This document shows, piece by piece, positions 25,915 through 40,794 of a stretch of 64,000 nucleotides of DNA. Made by a program: the position numbers and the translations under genes. Position 1 is the stretch's first letter. Every line of letters begins with the position of its first letter. The notes beneath the pieces are model-generated. The model searched no databases and was not told the origin of the DNA. It was given only the letters and a program-made list of their open reading frames with translations. Source of the DNA: Octopus sinensis (Eukaryota); NCBI RefSeq assembly GCF_006345805.1, contig NC_042997.1, positions 120,280,001 to 120,344,000 on the forward strand. The letters are read 5' to 3'.

Positions 25915-27838
25915 GTTGTTGTTGTTGTTGTTGTTGTTATTGCTGTTGTTGATGCTCTTCATCTTGTCCCTGCATCCGACCCCACTTCTGGCAGACAAAC
26001 AAATATTTATTATTACTCTTATTCGATATGATAACATTACTGTGATTGTGTTACCACTCCAACACACGCCACTCCTGTCGTCATCGTCGTCGTCGTCGTG
26101 GGTGTCATCGTTGTCGATGATATCGTGGTCGTTGTTGTCATCATCGCTTTGGTGACTATCATCACTTTCTTCATTTTCATGAACCTACTTGTTCGATGAA
26201 CCTACAATGGTCCATCGAACATTGGAAGAAACCTCTGCTTGGTCGGTGGCCTGCTAGAAACAGCCATCAACTTCCCCTCCGGACTTACTTGTATCAACTT
26301 TAATTACAGGATAGGCAAAAACATTAGGACATTTCTTTAAATGCTACAAAATAGAGGCGAGGTTTTACAAATAGGATATACTTCTGATCTCTTGGAGATA
26401 ATTTGATCCTAAACACCATCAACAACAACAACAACACACATATATTCATTCTTCGTTAACCTCACTATTATCACCCTAATATTAAGTAGCCCACAAGTGA
26501 ATGATCCTGGGATAAATTGAATGAGCGATCGGGTCTTGATCCTTGGTTATACGTGTTCTTAATTAACATTTTTCTAATTCTACACTCAAGTGGTAAACGC
26601 CCTTTAGGAAAGGAATGGAGGTCATACATTCCTGTTTCTCGGCGCTTAGTTTAATAGCTAAAGTCGCATCGTGCCTTGAATACTTTGTTGATAATGATGA
26701 TGATAAAATGTACGAGTAGCATATATCAAAGATCACAGTGAGGAGAAATAGTTATACACGCCCTTTTCCTCACGTATTTATGCACAAACATGTATGTATG
26801 ATATATATCTAGACCATATCCATATCTATATCTATGTGTGTGTATGTACGTATGTATGTATGTGTGTGTGTATGTATGTATGTATGTATGTATGTATGTA
26901 TATATATATATATAGAGAGAGAGAGAGAAAGAGAGTGAGTGAGAGAGAGAGAGTGAAAGCGATAGAGAGAGATAGAGAGAGAGATGGAGGGAGAAAGGGT
27001 GAACTGACATATTCATATATATATATGTATGTATATATATATATATTATATATATATATATATGTATGTATGTATATACTCACACACACACAAACGCATA
27101 ATCACATTTGTGTATATGTGCGCGTACGTGTATGGGTAAGGGAGTTCTTGTTCATATACATGCTTGTACACATACCACGCGTTATTTACCGAATCTGTGC
27201 AATCACACAAATAATTTTCACACACATTCGCACACACACGGAGCAACAGATATACCTATATATATATATATACATCTTTACTTCAACTCGTTCACCGGTA
27301 TGTTATTTACAGGCACGGAGAACGAAGTACACATCCTGAGATAAATATCTCCCAATAAGTTTACTGTTTCACAAGGGCAAATAGCATGAGTGTGAGATGT
27401 CAGACAAACGTTTCTTTCATAGAGATATTATAAAGCTGTACAGTTGCTTAACGAAATAGTGGAGCGTGTTCGTTCTTTCAACATTCATGTAGTTTTAGAC
27501 AGGCAGTTCGGTTAAAATAACAATCGTAATAATCCTCTCTGATTTTGGCTGTAATTTTGAGGGGAGGGAGCGAGTGGATTATATCGACTTCGTCGTTAAA
27601 GTGATACTTATTTTATCGACCCTAGGGGAATGAGATGCAAAATCGACGTCGGCAGAATTTGAAGCCATAACGAAAAAAAAAAAATCGGTAGAAATGACAA
27701 TAATGATAAAAAAAAAAGAATTTTTTAATTGTCATTTCTATTATTATTTGTCCGACGCACTAAGAATTGTGCCACCTCGGTGTTAATGAATAAAGAAATA
27801 AATAAGAATTAAACTAAGGAACGTTAACTTAGACAGTT

Positions 27839-27876
<38 letters not shown>

Positions 27877-28456
27877 AATCATCATCATAATCATCATCAT
27901 TATCATCATCATCACCACAACCACCATCGCCACCATCATCATCGTTATCACCGCCGTAGACGCCGCCGTCAACATTTAAGGCTTCAGGTTACTAACAGCA
28001 AATTCTTGTTTATCAGCTTCGTCCATATGATTCATCATCGGCATTGTTAATAACCATTTCAATAAAAACGAAACAACATCATCATCATCATCATCACCAC
28101 CACCACCAACATCATCATCGTTCGCAGTATCGACGTCGTCATAACTATTATTATTATTATTATATTATTATTATTATTATTATTATGAATAATTGAAATT
28201 AAGGGCTATGAAAACTTTCTTGGGATGAATTGAATTTGAAGGGACTACACAGCATTCAACATTGTCCCGACATCTGAAATCATCATTATGAAAATACTGT
28301 TGTTGTTGTTGTTGTTGTTGACGGGGGTGTTACAGTTCGAATCAGATTGAATGTTTCGTGCCTCAAGGGGTGGTAGTGGGCGTGGGGGGCGTCGATAGAA
28401 CTATATAACGCAAAGATCCCATTGCTAGTAGCAACCCTCAGCAAAATATTTCGGAG

Positions 28457-28500
<44 letters not shown>

Positions 28501-29938
28501 TACTACTACTACTACTTTTGCTGCTGCTTCTGCTGCTGTTATTACTTTTACGACTGCTGTTGCTGCTGCTGTTGCTACTACTGGTACTGATATTTCAATT
28601 ATTACGACTCCGAATGTAACTTCGTTTCAATGCAAGCCTCACCGGTATCATGTTTTTTAAGCCCAAGGAAGTCAGTAAAAGATTATCAGACCTGCAATGA
28701 TCTAAGTGCGTTGGAATCTAACCCTTACCTAAAAATTTTGTTTTTATTTTCAGTTTTGCTTTTTTATTCATTCATTTATTTGTCATGTTAAAGAATTTAG
28801 GGTATATGGTAGGGAGTATGTTTCAATTACCAGGCGCCAAGCGATGCGCAAAATACCGCTAATATCATTGCAAAAAATAAAATAAATAGAATAAAATTAT
28901 ACATGAATAAGCGTAAACGTCCCAAATGTTTAAATCTCTCCTATTTCGAATATCGGATAGTGTACAAAGGAATAATGATGTTGCTAAGTTAGATGCAGCA
29001 AATTATATTTCACGAGTGATGTAGAGTATAAGTTTACCGTAAAGCTGAGTCCGGGTTGTAAGCGGTGCTTATGTTCTGGAAAGGAAAATGAAAGTGTAAG
29101 TAGCCTGTGAGCTAGATTGGAAACCACAACGTCGTGGGGTGATTCTAAGGGATTGCACTTGTTACCGACACTATACCGAGTATACCAACCCAAAGTAATA
29201 ATGGTATTTTGAGATTTACACACCAGGGAGAAGATCCGCTTCAGATTTCTGCTGAATATATCATGATCAGAACGCCGAAAAGCATAATGATTCTCGATGG
29301 GCCATGATTTCTAAACGACAGATTACGTAAATAAACACAGTAAGACACTATATTCCCCCAACCCGCCAACGTCAATTAATTTAGCGATGGTATAAGGTGA
29401 TACATTTATAGGAAACTAGTACAAAGGAATGAATATTTTTCGTAGTGTATAACTGGTATTTAATTTAAAAACACCGGAAGTAAATTCAACCTCAGCTGGA
29501 ATTTATATCAGAACCAGAACGTAGAAATAGAAAACTTATTACACAAATAGTATAAGATATTCACTCTGACGTTCCACTTATTTTTAATATAAACGCAAGA
29601 AAAACCGAAATGGAAAAGTAAGAAAAGAGAGAAGGAAAAAAAGATCTATTTTAGAATTTTTTCTCACGAATTTCTAATAACGAATATGATCGGTTACTAG
29701 TCAGCTTAGAATTTTGTTCGTCCACTGATGGTAATTAAACCGCAAGCATGTACCGAAGATAAATTTCATATAATATAACACAGTTCCTATCACCTTTAAG
29801 TATATACTGGCTTTGATCCAAAGCAAGAGAATACTATAAACTTCCTCCCACCACAACCGCCACCACCAACACCAACAACAACAACATCAGTACAACATCA
29901 TCAGCACCCACCACCACCATCATCATCATCATCATCAA

Positions 29939-29969
<31 letters not shown>

Positions 29970-30242
29970 TTCATCATCATCATCATCATCATCATCAATC
30001 ATCATCATCATCATCATCGTTCTCATATCGCCTGCTCGCCAGTACGGGTACACTTACTTAATCGTCATAAATATGATATAGTCCATGTTCATTCTGGTGA
30101 TGAGGTTTCGTGTCACTTCGTTCTCACCGATGGCTATGAAGCATACACGCGTGTGTGTGCGTGTACGTCTGCATGTGGGTGTGTATGCTGCGTACTTTAT
30201 ACATATATACATACACACACACATATAGATATTACATTCATT

Positions 30243-30302
<60 letters not shown>

Positions 30303-31016
30303 GTATGTTTGTATGTGTGTATGTATATATATATATATAATATATAATTTATATTATATGCAATTATGTATATATAGATATATATGTATAATATATATAG
30401 TTATATACATATAGGTATATGTGCATAATATATCTATATATGTGTGTGTATAATGTAAAATAATATAAATAAAGACATATATATATATATTTATATATAT
30501 ACATACACTCGTTCTGACATATATATAGAGAGATTTATATGTATATATGTATATATGTATATTATAGGCACACACACGTCCGTGCGTATATACGCACGCA
30601 TGTGTGAGAATGGTGTGCACATATATACATATATACAAACAAACGTACATACACACATATACATACATGCATACATACAAGCGTATGATTGTATGCATGT
30701 ATGAATCCGTGTATATACATATGTGACTCACGGCTCGTTCGCGTGACGCACGTGTCAGTATGTATGCGTATGTGTATATGTATGTGTTTGCACGATAGTG
30801 TCAGTTCATGTGTGTGTGCGGACGTATATATATGTACATGTTATTGTGTGTGTGTGTGTGTGCGTATGTGTGTGTGCGCGGTATCATATAATTCACCATA
30901 TACTCACTTACCTCTATTTGTGTGTAGAGCCGACACTCTGTTGGTCTGTACTGTCCGTGGTGGTAATACCAACATGAATGATATTTTCTGAACCACTGCT
31001 GGATGCTGGAGAAGCT

Positions 31017-31058
<42 letters not shown>

Positions 31059-31257
31059 TTTGTTGTTGCTGTTGGTGTTTCCTTTAGCTTTTTGTATGTA
31101 TGTATATATGTATATATATATATGCGTGAGTGTGAATGTATGTATGTATATGTATGCGTGTGTGTGTGCGTATGCGTGTGTGTATGTGTATATGTATGTA
31201 TATTATATATATATATACGTATGTGTATTTTTAAGTATATAAAGATATATATATATG

Positions 31258-31307
<50 letters not shown>

Positions 31308-31968
31308 ATATAGATATAGATATATATGTATGTATGTATATATGTATGTAAGTATGTAAGTATGTATGTATATGCTAGTGAGTGGAGTGTGCCTGTGTGT
31401 TATTATGATATACTCGCTGTAGGCTTTATCATAGCTATCATCATCGTCATCGTCATCATCATTAACGTCGACATCATTATCGTCATCATCATCAATCGTG
31501 TCGTCATCACATTCGGCGTTAGTTTCACTTCCATTCTACTCGTTGTGATTATTTTGGCTGGTATTATCGTGGCTTTTACTGGTATTATTGGTTTTTTTCT
31601 TGATATTATTGCCGTTTCTGTAGATAAAGACGTTTTTTTAACCATTTCCCCCCCGTCGAATGTCATAACTGAATTTGAGCTGTTTTTCTTTCTTTTTTCT
31701 CTCTCATATTATTCCTGTTATATTCCTGTTCTTTATTCCATTCCTATACTATTTCATTCCATTCTATTCCATTCCATTCTCATCTTATCTGTTCACCTTC
31801 TATTCCATTCCATTCTGACTCTATTCTAACCTCCTATGCTTTTATTCCGTTCTAACCATCTAAACCAACGAGAATTACCGAACACATCTCCATCAGTCGA
31901 TGTAGGTGGAGGCATATGTGTGCGGGCACTTTTGTATGTCTGCGTCTCCCGATGCTTTTCTACGTATA

Positions 31969-32007
<39 letters not shown>

Positions 32008-32368
32008 TACAATCACATAAGCGTATGTATGATCAGGCGTGCGAATTCGTGCGGATGCTTATGTGTGTACGATCGTTTTTTTTTTTTTGTACCATATATA
32101 GATATATATATGTATATATATGCATGTAAAATTTTTTAATCTTTTTTACATACTGTACCTAAAACATAAACCATTGATTAATCACTGATGTTGTTCCAGT
32201 AGATGTTGTGATAAAAGCTAAGGCGTAGTGCTATTCTGTTTGTTGTGTTGTTGTTGTTGTTGTTGTTGTTGTTCCTATCGTAGTGGCTGTTGCTGCTGCC
32301 ATTGTTGCTGTTATTACTGTTTAGGATAATATTAATGCTAAGACTGCTGCTGTTAATGTTACTACTAC

Positions 32369-32401
<33 letters not shown>

Positions 32402-32613
32402 CGCCGCTGCTGCTGCCGTCGCTACTGCTGCTGCTATCAGTTCTGCTATTGATGTCGATGATGCTGATGAAGTTTTTTTTGTTATTATTATAACTGCTGC
32501 TGATGTTGTTTCACTCGCTGTTTATTTATTTATTTATTTATGTGACGTTTATTCATTCATTCATTCATTCATTCATTCATTCATTCATTCATCACCATCA
32601 TCATCACCACCAC

Positions 32614-32662
<49 letters not shown>

Positions 32663-32836
32663 GTCATCATCATCATCATCATTATTATTATTATTATATA
32701 TCGGCGGCGGTGTAGTTGTGGTTGTTGATATCGCTAAGAAAATACACCGGAGTAGACGAAGAAACCTGCAGAGGAATTGAACTTGAATAAGAACGACAAC
32801 AACAGTTATAATTTTAATGATGATAGTGACGACGAC

Positions 32837-32875
<39 letters not shown>

Positions 32876-33113
32876 AACAAATACACGAGTCCTTCCCAAC
32901 GATTATTTCATTACACATGGTGTGTAGTATTCTGTGATAAAAAAAAAATTATTTTAAAAAAGAACCAAAAACCAAAAACAAGAAAAAAAACTCTTCCATC
33001 TCAACTAACCCCCAACATTAGCAACACCACCACTACCAACATCCTCGCTGTTAATCACTACATCGCTTGCCATCTTCATCACCACATAATCCATCAGCAC
33101 CACCACCGAAAAG

Positions 33114-33151
<38 letters not shown>

Positions 33152-33465
33152 ATATGATGCCGCTTTCCCTGCTGATAATGTTGGTTATACTGCCGCTATC
33201 TGCACCGACGAAGGCAGCAGACGCAGTAATATTCAGCTAGCCAGCCAGTCACTCGAGTCAGCCGAAATGCATTTTTTAAATATTCTTTTTTTTCTAACTT
33301 GTATACTGTATAATTATATATCCATAAGTGCGTATATATATACTTGTGCGTATATTTGCAAAACATGCCTGTTTATTCATCTCTCTGTTTTTATGTGTGT
33401 GTGTATGTATGTATAGATATATAACATGAGTATTTGTACATGTACATATGAACATCTTTATATAC

Positions 33466-33509
<44 letters not shown>

Positions 33510-33534
33510 GCACACACATACTCACACACACACA

Positions 33535-33582
<48 letters not shown>

Positions 33583-33738
33583 GTGTGTATATGTATACTT
33601 TTATTGGTTTCAATCATATACATACATACGCATACATACACACATACACATACACTGTCACATATATGTCTGCAAGTGCATATACATCCGTCAGTATATA
33701 TGTGTGTGTGTATACACGTACATATACATACATGCATA

Positions 33739-33854
<116 letters not shown>

Positions 33855-33860
33855 CATATA

Positions 33861-33905
<45 letters not shown>

Positions 33906-34800
33906 AATAGATAGACAGATAGACAGACCGACAGACAGAAAGATAGATAGATAGATAGATTGATTGATTAATTGATTGATAGATAGGTAGGTAGATAGAT
34001 ATGATTTCGAATACTTATATATCCTAAACCAGCCACTGTACCAGAAAACAAAGCTACATGTGCCACAATACAAAAGTACACCATTATATTCCCCATATCA
34101 CCCTTAACCATCAATGAAGCCGCTAAGAGATCAAGTGACCTGTTAGAATTAGGAGCGAAACTTTTCCCACTGTCATGTTAAATACACGGCAAATTTGAAA
34201 TATGACTACACGTAGAAGTGATATAGTGAGGATGCACACTTTCTAGCAAATCGATGTGATAGTCATGGTTGGCGGTTTGTTGCCTATAGTTTTCTTATAT
34301 CAACGATGACTTGCATTAAGCAACAAAATGATAGACGGTAGAATGGTGGCGCCACTAGTTAAAGGAGTGAAACAGAATGAATAACAAACCGCTCCCGAGC
34401 CGTGTTTGCATGTTAGAATGTGAATAACCGACACCAGCGCCACTACCGGAAGAAGACCATCGCTAGTAGCATGACCACCATCACTAGCAACATAATCAAT
34501 AGCAGCAACAACAACAATATCGACAACAACATCGATAGTAATGAGCCATTGAAGGAAACTATGCATGGTAGACTGGTCTTGCTAGAAATAGGAACGAAAG
34601 GCCGTTTGAATTTTGCAGTGTTATTGTTATTGTATGAATGACATATTTTGTACTGCTGTTTAAAGTACATTATCTGGATAAAAGATGGGATGGTCATGCT
34701 AGGAGTGCTTTTAGTCGTAGGTAACATCAATAACAACATCAACCGATTATGACAACACTAATTGTAAGAAAGCTACTTTCACTTCTACTTTCGTTCCTGT

Positions 34801-34858
<58 letters not shown>

Positions 34859-35844
34859 GCTAATGCTAATGCTGCTGCTGCTGCTAATTGCTAATGCTCT
34901 TGATGATGTAGCTTCTGTTGTTGTTGCTGTTGTTATCGCTACTGCCCTTATATTACGGTATATTTCAACAATGTAGTGACCACCTCTGATGACCATGTTT
35001 AAGAAAATCATCGCTCTAGATATCGACCAATGATAGTCTGTATCCCAGCAACCAGTCACTCGTCCCGCTTTTACCACCATCACCACCATCACCGGCATCA
35101 AACCTACTGATTCCTCTATAATTAAGATTGCCATTACCTTCGCCATCATTACCGCAACCACCATCTTGATAATCACCCTGGTTACTGATCCAACAACTCA
35201 CAGTGGCACGTAAGCCAGGCTAACGAAGAAAGAAGCCTTTGTGTGGACTCTCGGTTGGCTAGAAATTGCAGCCAAACTCTACAAGTTTCAACAGACTTTC
35301 TCTGAAAACAAAACAAGAATAAATTTTAAAAAAAAAAAGCAAAAAACCCATAAAGCATGACATTTGATAATACGATCAATGTTCGCAATACTAAAGAGAA
35401 GAGTCGAATGATCACGAGCGAATAGTCTGTGATCATAGATCCGATCAACCAGTTCTGACCTCGGGTTGAATAACTACGACTGCATCGCCGCCACCGCCGC
35501 GGCTATCACCACCGCCTCCACTACCACCACCACAATTAACGTTGCTGTCGTTTCATGTGATTTAACAGTCGCTGTTACTGCTGTTGCTACTGCATGCTAC
35601 TGTTGCTAATTCGTTTACAACTCCTGCTCTGCTTCTGCTTCTGCTGCTACTGCTGCTGCTGCAGCTGCAGTTGCTAGCGACAATGCTACTGTTGCCATTA
35701 CCACTGCTGGTGATACTGCTGTTGCTATTCAAGCTTACCGCTGTTGCTAACTCTGTTGCTAGTTCTCATACGGCCGTTCGTGCTGCTCATTTACTCAGTT
35801 GTTTACAGAATGGTTAATATCGCCCCTAACGTCGCATAAACGGC

Positions 35845-35845
35845 T

Positions 35846-35881
<36 letters not shown>

Positions 35882-35944
35882 TTACTACTACTACTACTAC
35901 TACTATTACTACTACTAATACCAATGCTGCTGCTGCTGCCGTTG

Positions 35945-35977
<33 letters not shown>

Positions 35978-36028
35978 TTGCTATTGCTGCTGCTACTACT
36001 ACTGCTGCTGCTGTTGCTATTGCTGCTG

Positions 36029-36082
<54 letters not shown>

Positions 36083-36320
36083 TTACTACTACTGCTGCTG
36101 CTACTGATGTTTCTACTACTACTACTACTGCTGCTGCTGCCGCTGATGTTGCTACTACTGCTACTACTAATACTAATACTACTACTGTCACCACTACTAC
36201 TACTACTACTACTACTGCTGCCGCTGCTGCTATTGCTACTAGTACTACTATTACTACTACTACTGCTGCTACTACTACTACTACTACTGTTGATGTTGCT
36301 GCTGCTACTATTACTACAGA
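35845..36320. repeat. Compound (ACT)n/(GCT)n trinucleotide tract
   Basis: Read directly. It generates poly-S, poly-L and poly-V ORFs. Confidence 0.9.
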
Positions 36321-37069
36321 CGGTGATCATAATGATGAAGATCATGATTTCTTTTATTTGCAGAGTGGACATCAAGCGGGGGAGAATATTACAAAGACTT
36401 GTCATAATTTGCAACAGGATTTAAAATAAATTCTGATAAAACAGAGGCCCCAACCGGATCCAATAAACTTTCCTACAGATCTGACGTCAATTTAATTACA
36501 AGAGGCAACACGCTTAGAATGGTCCCACCCTCTCTAATCCGTTTCGCCATAGTCACCTATCTTACGAACCTATTAACATCTCTTTGCAAATTAGGACTTG
36601 AACACAAAAAAGTTAGAAATTGACCTGAACGGAGGTTATCTGCCTTGATTTCATTCAGTCCTTTTCCAAATATTACGTTTTTTACTGTAGTTACCAGAAT
36701 GAAGGAAACAGCCTGCACAGACTTAATAAAAGATGACAGTGAGCCGATTATTCAAAGACACTTGGCTGATACTCCGGTATACAAGTGACAACTACTTTTC
36801 CTATTAACTTCACGAATTATCGGTGCTTGAACTGCACGAATGCAGGCAGTACGGTTTCGTCGCCCTGCTCGTACAACAGACACTCACGTAAAGTAACATA
36901 TTTTGAGGCTCTACATTTATCTTGAACTAGTAGTTTTCTGGAAGTTATCAGCGGAAAATTTTGACACTTCGTTATTGTACGAGGACGTCATCGCCCTTTA
37001 TCCCCATTAGTTCCATCTACTGGTATTGATATATATACTTCTTCAGCTCGTTTTTGTTTTCTACTGTAA

Positions 37070-37300
37070 GGCGTCGAAATGGCAGAATCGTTAGCACGTT
37101 GGATGAAATGCTTAGTAGTATTTCACTCGTTACTATGTTCTGAGTTCAAATTCCGCCTATGTACTGAGTTGAAAAGGTGAACTTTGCCTTTCATTCTTTC
37201 GGGATCAATAAAATAAGTACCAGTTGCGTAATGGGGTCTGTTGCGTACTGTAATCGACTTCCCTTCCCCAAAATTTCAGGCCTCGTGCCTATAGTAGAAA
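37070..37300 (+). mobile_element. SINE family 3 copy (other decayed copies ~9660-9770, 27540-27700, 49150-49300, 52390-52600, 54500-54606)
   Basis: TGGCAGAATCGTTAGCACG...TGAGTTCAAATTCCGCC...ACTTTGCCTTTCATTCTTTCGGGATCAATAAAATAAGTACCAG. Confidence 0.75.
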
Positions 37301-38337
37301 GATTATTATTTATTGCTGTGAGGCTGGTAGCGGTTGTTTGTTGGATGTTTGGTTTTTTTCATTTATTTCTGATGATTTTGCTGTTGTGTCTTTTGCCATT
37401 TTATGATCTTTGTGATTTTTGCGTATTTTGTGGTTTTAGTATAGTTTCGGATTTATTTCCCTTATTCTTGATATTGTTTTCATGTTTTTTTTTTTTCAAA
37501 AATTGGCTAATTCTTGAAATGCTGATCTCGCAGCCGCCTTCCTGCTATTTTTTTGTGATGCTCCTAAGTTTCTTTTTGCCCTTTCATTTCCTTGCTCCCT
37601 CTGATGATCAGTAGCCATATTCGAGGTTTCCAACCTTCTCGCCATAATTTGTGTCAGCCTTGCCGGTCCTGATTTTAGTTTGCCGGTGCTGTTTTTAAGT
37701 GGAAAGCACTCTTTAGAAGATGGCTGCTGTAAACCTCTTTCATACCTTGGTACTAATTCTGATTATATACTAAATCTATTTTTGTTACCAATGTAGCAGA
37801 TCCTTCTACTTTCATGATTGTGGAATTTGTTGCCGTTGTGATTATGGTGTAGACAACAATGGCATTTTCATGCGCTTTGTCTGAGCACCGAAAGTTATCT
37901 GATGGTTTTGTGCTAGGGCAAGAATCATACACGACTCTCATCCTTCCTACAGCAATAATTCTCGTTTACACAATTGAACTCAACAAGTCGAATATTTCGA
38001 CTATCTGCTAAATATTTTTTCGCCTGAGCAACATTTCTACCAATAAGATAATCACTGCGCAGTATTCGTGGTGTACTGATCTTATATTGACAATTTCACC
38101 ACACTTTTCTAAGATCATTGTGAAATAATAATAAATCTCTGAACGAGATGTAAACAGTAACCGCTCGACAACGTAAAGTATACTAGCCATCTCAATATGG
38201 CTAACCACTAAGGGTGGGTGTTACTGTAGCTTTTAGCCCCTGGAGATCATCGTCTCCACTGGCTTTAGGTACACTTTTTGTGCCCTTGTGGTATTTGTAA
38301 AGGGAGGTCATCCCTCTCTCGTAAACCTAAGTCACAC

Positions 38338-38380
38338 GCACGGACTGCAGTTTCTAGGTATTTGCCTGACTTCGGCGTAC
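38338..38380 (-). ncRNA. Decayed type-I hammerhead (core mutated to CCGAAGU)
   Basis: GUACG-CCGAAGU-cAGGcaaauaCCUa-GAAAC-ugca-GUC^CGUGC. Palindromic stem III ACUGCAGU. Two core substitutions. Confidence 0.6.
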
Positions 38381-38637
38381 AGCAGTCACCGGTTTACGAT
38401 GAAAGGGAGACCTGTTTGTAAATACTTATTGTTTTTCTAGTAACTTCCGTCACTGATTTCGAAAAACTGTCTGCAAGCAATAATAATACCCACCCTTAGT
38501 GGTTAGCCATATTGAGATGGCTATTATAATTTACGTTGTCGAGCAGTTACTGTTTACATCTCATTCAGAGATTTATTATTGCTTGCAGACAGGCAAAAAC
38601 CTAGAAACTGCAGTCCGTGCGTGTCACTTAGGTTTAC

Positions 38638-38785
38638 CAGAGGGCGCACACTCTCCTACCCTGATGTAATCTCCTGGGATACAGGCATCCAGCAACAGGA
38701 CCTCCGTAATGCCATGATGGACCGTGAAGTCTGGCGTAGCATGGTAAATTCCATTGTCTCAGACACGGTCGAACAATGATGATCA
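38638..38785 (+). mobile_element. 5'-truncated RTE-type LINE 3' end inserted into family B
   Basis: Translates GRTLSYPDVISWDTGIQQQDLRNAMMDREVWRSMV (AxDRxxWR-type end), with a short TGA-repeat tail. 9-bp TSD TAGGTTTAC at 38629-38637 and 38786-38794. Confidence 0.8.
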
Positions 38786-39513
38786 TAGGTTTACGAGAGA
38801 GGGATGACCTCCCTTTACAAATACCATAAGTGCACAGAAAGTGTGCCTAAAGCCAGCTGGAGATGATGACCTCCTGGGGCTAAAAGCTACAGTAACACTC
38901 GCCCTTAGTGGTTAGCCATATTGAGATGGCTAGTATACTTTACATTGTGAAATAGTTAGTACTTAATTCCGGTGGCACGTTGGAATGTTATACTATTAAC
39001 ACATTTTCTGGGATATAATGCTGTCAATAAGAATTGTTCTGAAGAGTATGTATTTGTGATTAATTTTTTATCATCTCTTCTCTTCATTCAGGCATGGAAC
39101 CTCCACCCGCTCATATTCTCTTCATGCCAGATCAAAATGCCAATATTTTTCAAACAATTTTCTGCATATGTTCAGTCAGATTGTCCACTTTCCTGTTTTG
39201 TTCATATTTATAAATCTATGAATTAATGATTTTCCTCCTAATCCATTCTTTCTCTTCCACTGGTATGACGAGTTAATTTGGTTTCACAAGGCACAATCTA
39301 TTTACTGAACTCACCAGTTTGTGGCCACCCAATACTGTTGCATAACATTCGTCAATATTTTCGTCTTTATTACATTGTGATAATAGGTGTGTTGTTCTTG
39401 GTGCAACTGCTGCAGCTGCCGCAACTGCTGCCGTTGCTACCACTGCTGCTCTCCCTCCTACTGAAGCTACTGCTGCTGTCCCTCCAACTGAATCTACTGC
39501 TGCGGTCGCCACG

Positions 39514-40007
39514 GCTTCTTCTTCTTCTTCTTCTTCTTCTTCTTCTAATCAGGACTCACGCCATTAGCAACAAAGAATAATCTCTAATTCGAGCCTACTC
39601 TAAGCTGCTAAGAATACGTGTGGCAACTTGAAGATCCACCCACCACACACGATAGACTGGCGGTTGCACGGGCACGAAAGCTACGTTGTAATCCTCATTC
39701 TGTAAACGGTGGCTTTTAACGGGTAGAGAGCTGAACAAGCCTGACAGTACAGAGGTTTAGCAATCTAGACTAGAGTCTGAAAGTTTACCACGCCATAGTG
39801 GGTTACACCCTGGTTCCTCTGTTTTGTGGCAGAAGTAGGAAGGAAGAGCGAGAGAAAGTTGTGGTGAAAGAGTACAACACTCTGCCAGAGCCTAGTGGAG
39901 CTCCGGTGTTTTTGCTCAATAAACTCACAATGCCCGGTCTGGGAATCGAAACCGTGTCCTTACGACCGCGAGTCTGCTGCCCTAACCACTGGGCCATTGC
40001 GCCTCCA
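39514..40007 (-). mobile_element. tRNA(Arg)-like SINE sharing the family-2 head but with a different body and an (AAG)n tail
   Basis: 39830-40007 aligns with 11005-11188; 39547-39830 does not align with 10818-11005. Confidence 0.7.
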
Positions 40008-40189
40008 ATGTGCTGCTGTTGCTGTATATCATATTGGGGTAACTGTTGCGACTGTTGTTGTTGCCTTTCTATTTACATTCACAATGTTATTGTTTCCGTG
40101 TTGCCTTTAAAGTTGTTACGGCCGCAAATGTAAATATAAATTTGTTATTATGTTTCCCACTTCTTTATTCTGGTTAAAGAACGAATTAT

Positions 40190-40333
40190 CATATTTACTC
40201 GTATAAGTCGTAGTATTGTATATTTTATTCTAACTGAAAAATCTGCTCTGCGGTTTATACACGAAGCAAACAAACTATCAAGGGAAAAGTAGTAGTTATA
40301 AATTGGGCTGAAACATATACACAAGTAAATACA
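40190..40333. mobile_element. Possible decayed pogo/Tigger-like MITE
   Basis: Imperfect terminal inverted ends TATTTACTCGTATAAG / TATACACAAGTAAATA with an internal TTATACACGA repeat. Confidence 0.35.
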
Positions 40334-40605
40334 CTATTCCTCTTTCATCTCCCGCTTTTTTTGTGGTATCTCCGAGTTGCTGTTCCATTTTTTTTCTGTA
40401 ATTCTACCAGAGCATAAATAAGCTACAGTTTTCCAATTTAATTCAAGATGAAAATCAAGCGGATTGCTACCAAGAGTAAATTTACAATCAAATTATACTC
40501 ACCATGAAACGGTGGATCCTGTTATGTAACTGATCGCATGTAAATAAAAACATATATGTAAACTAATTAAAGTGACAATGGAAAAGAATTGAGATTCTCA
40601 GAAAA

Positions 40606-40691
<86 letters not shown>

Positions 40692-40695
40692 TTAA

Positions 40696-40732
<37 letters not shown>

Positions 40733-40794
40733 GATAATGATAATTATAATATAATGATAATAATAATAATATAATGATAATGATAATAATAATA

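Larger units (their letters stand above)
38123..38950. mobile_element. Family B: retrozyme/PLE pLTR-like element, ~350-bp unit on minus (38123-38486) plus an inverted partial-tandem copy on plus (38487-38950)
   Basis: Reverse-complement matches are visible, e.g. TAGCCATCTCAATATGGCTAACCACTAAGGG versus CCCTTAGTGGTTAGCCATATTGAGATGGCTA (twice). Decayed HHR at 38338-38380. Confidence 0.8.

Noticed and set aside
26225-26455. Old dispersed repeat with a GCTAGAAA-AGC core (also ~34570, ~35255)
   Set aside because: Probably a decayed SINE, but too diverged to define boundaries by eye.
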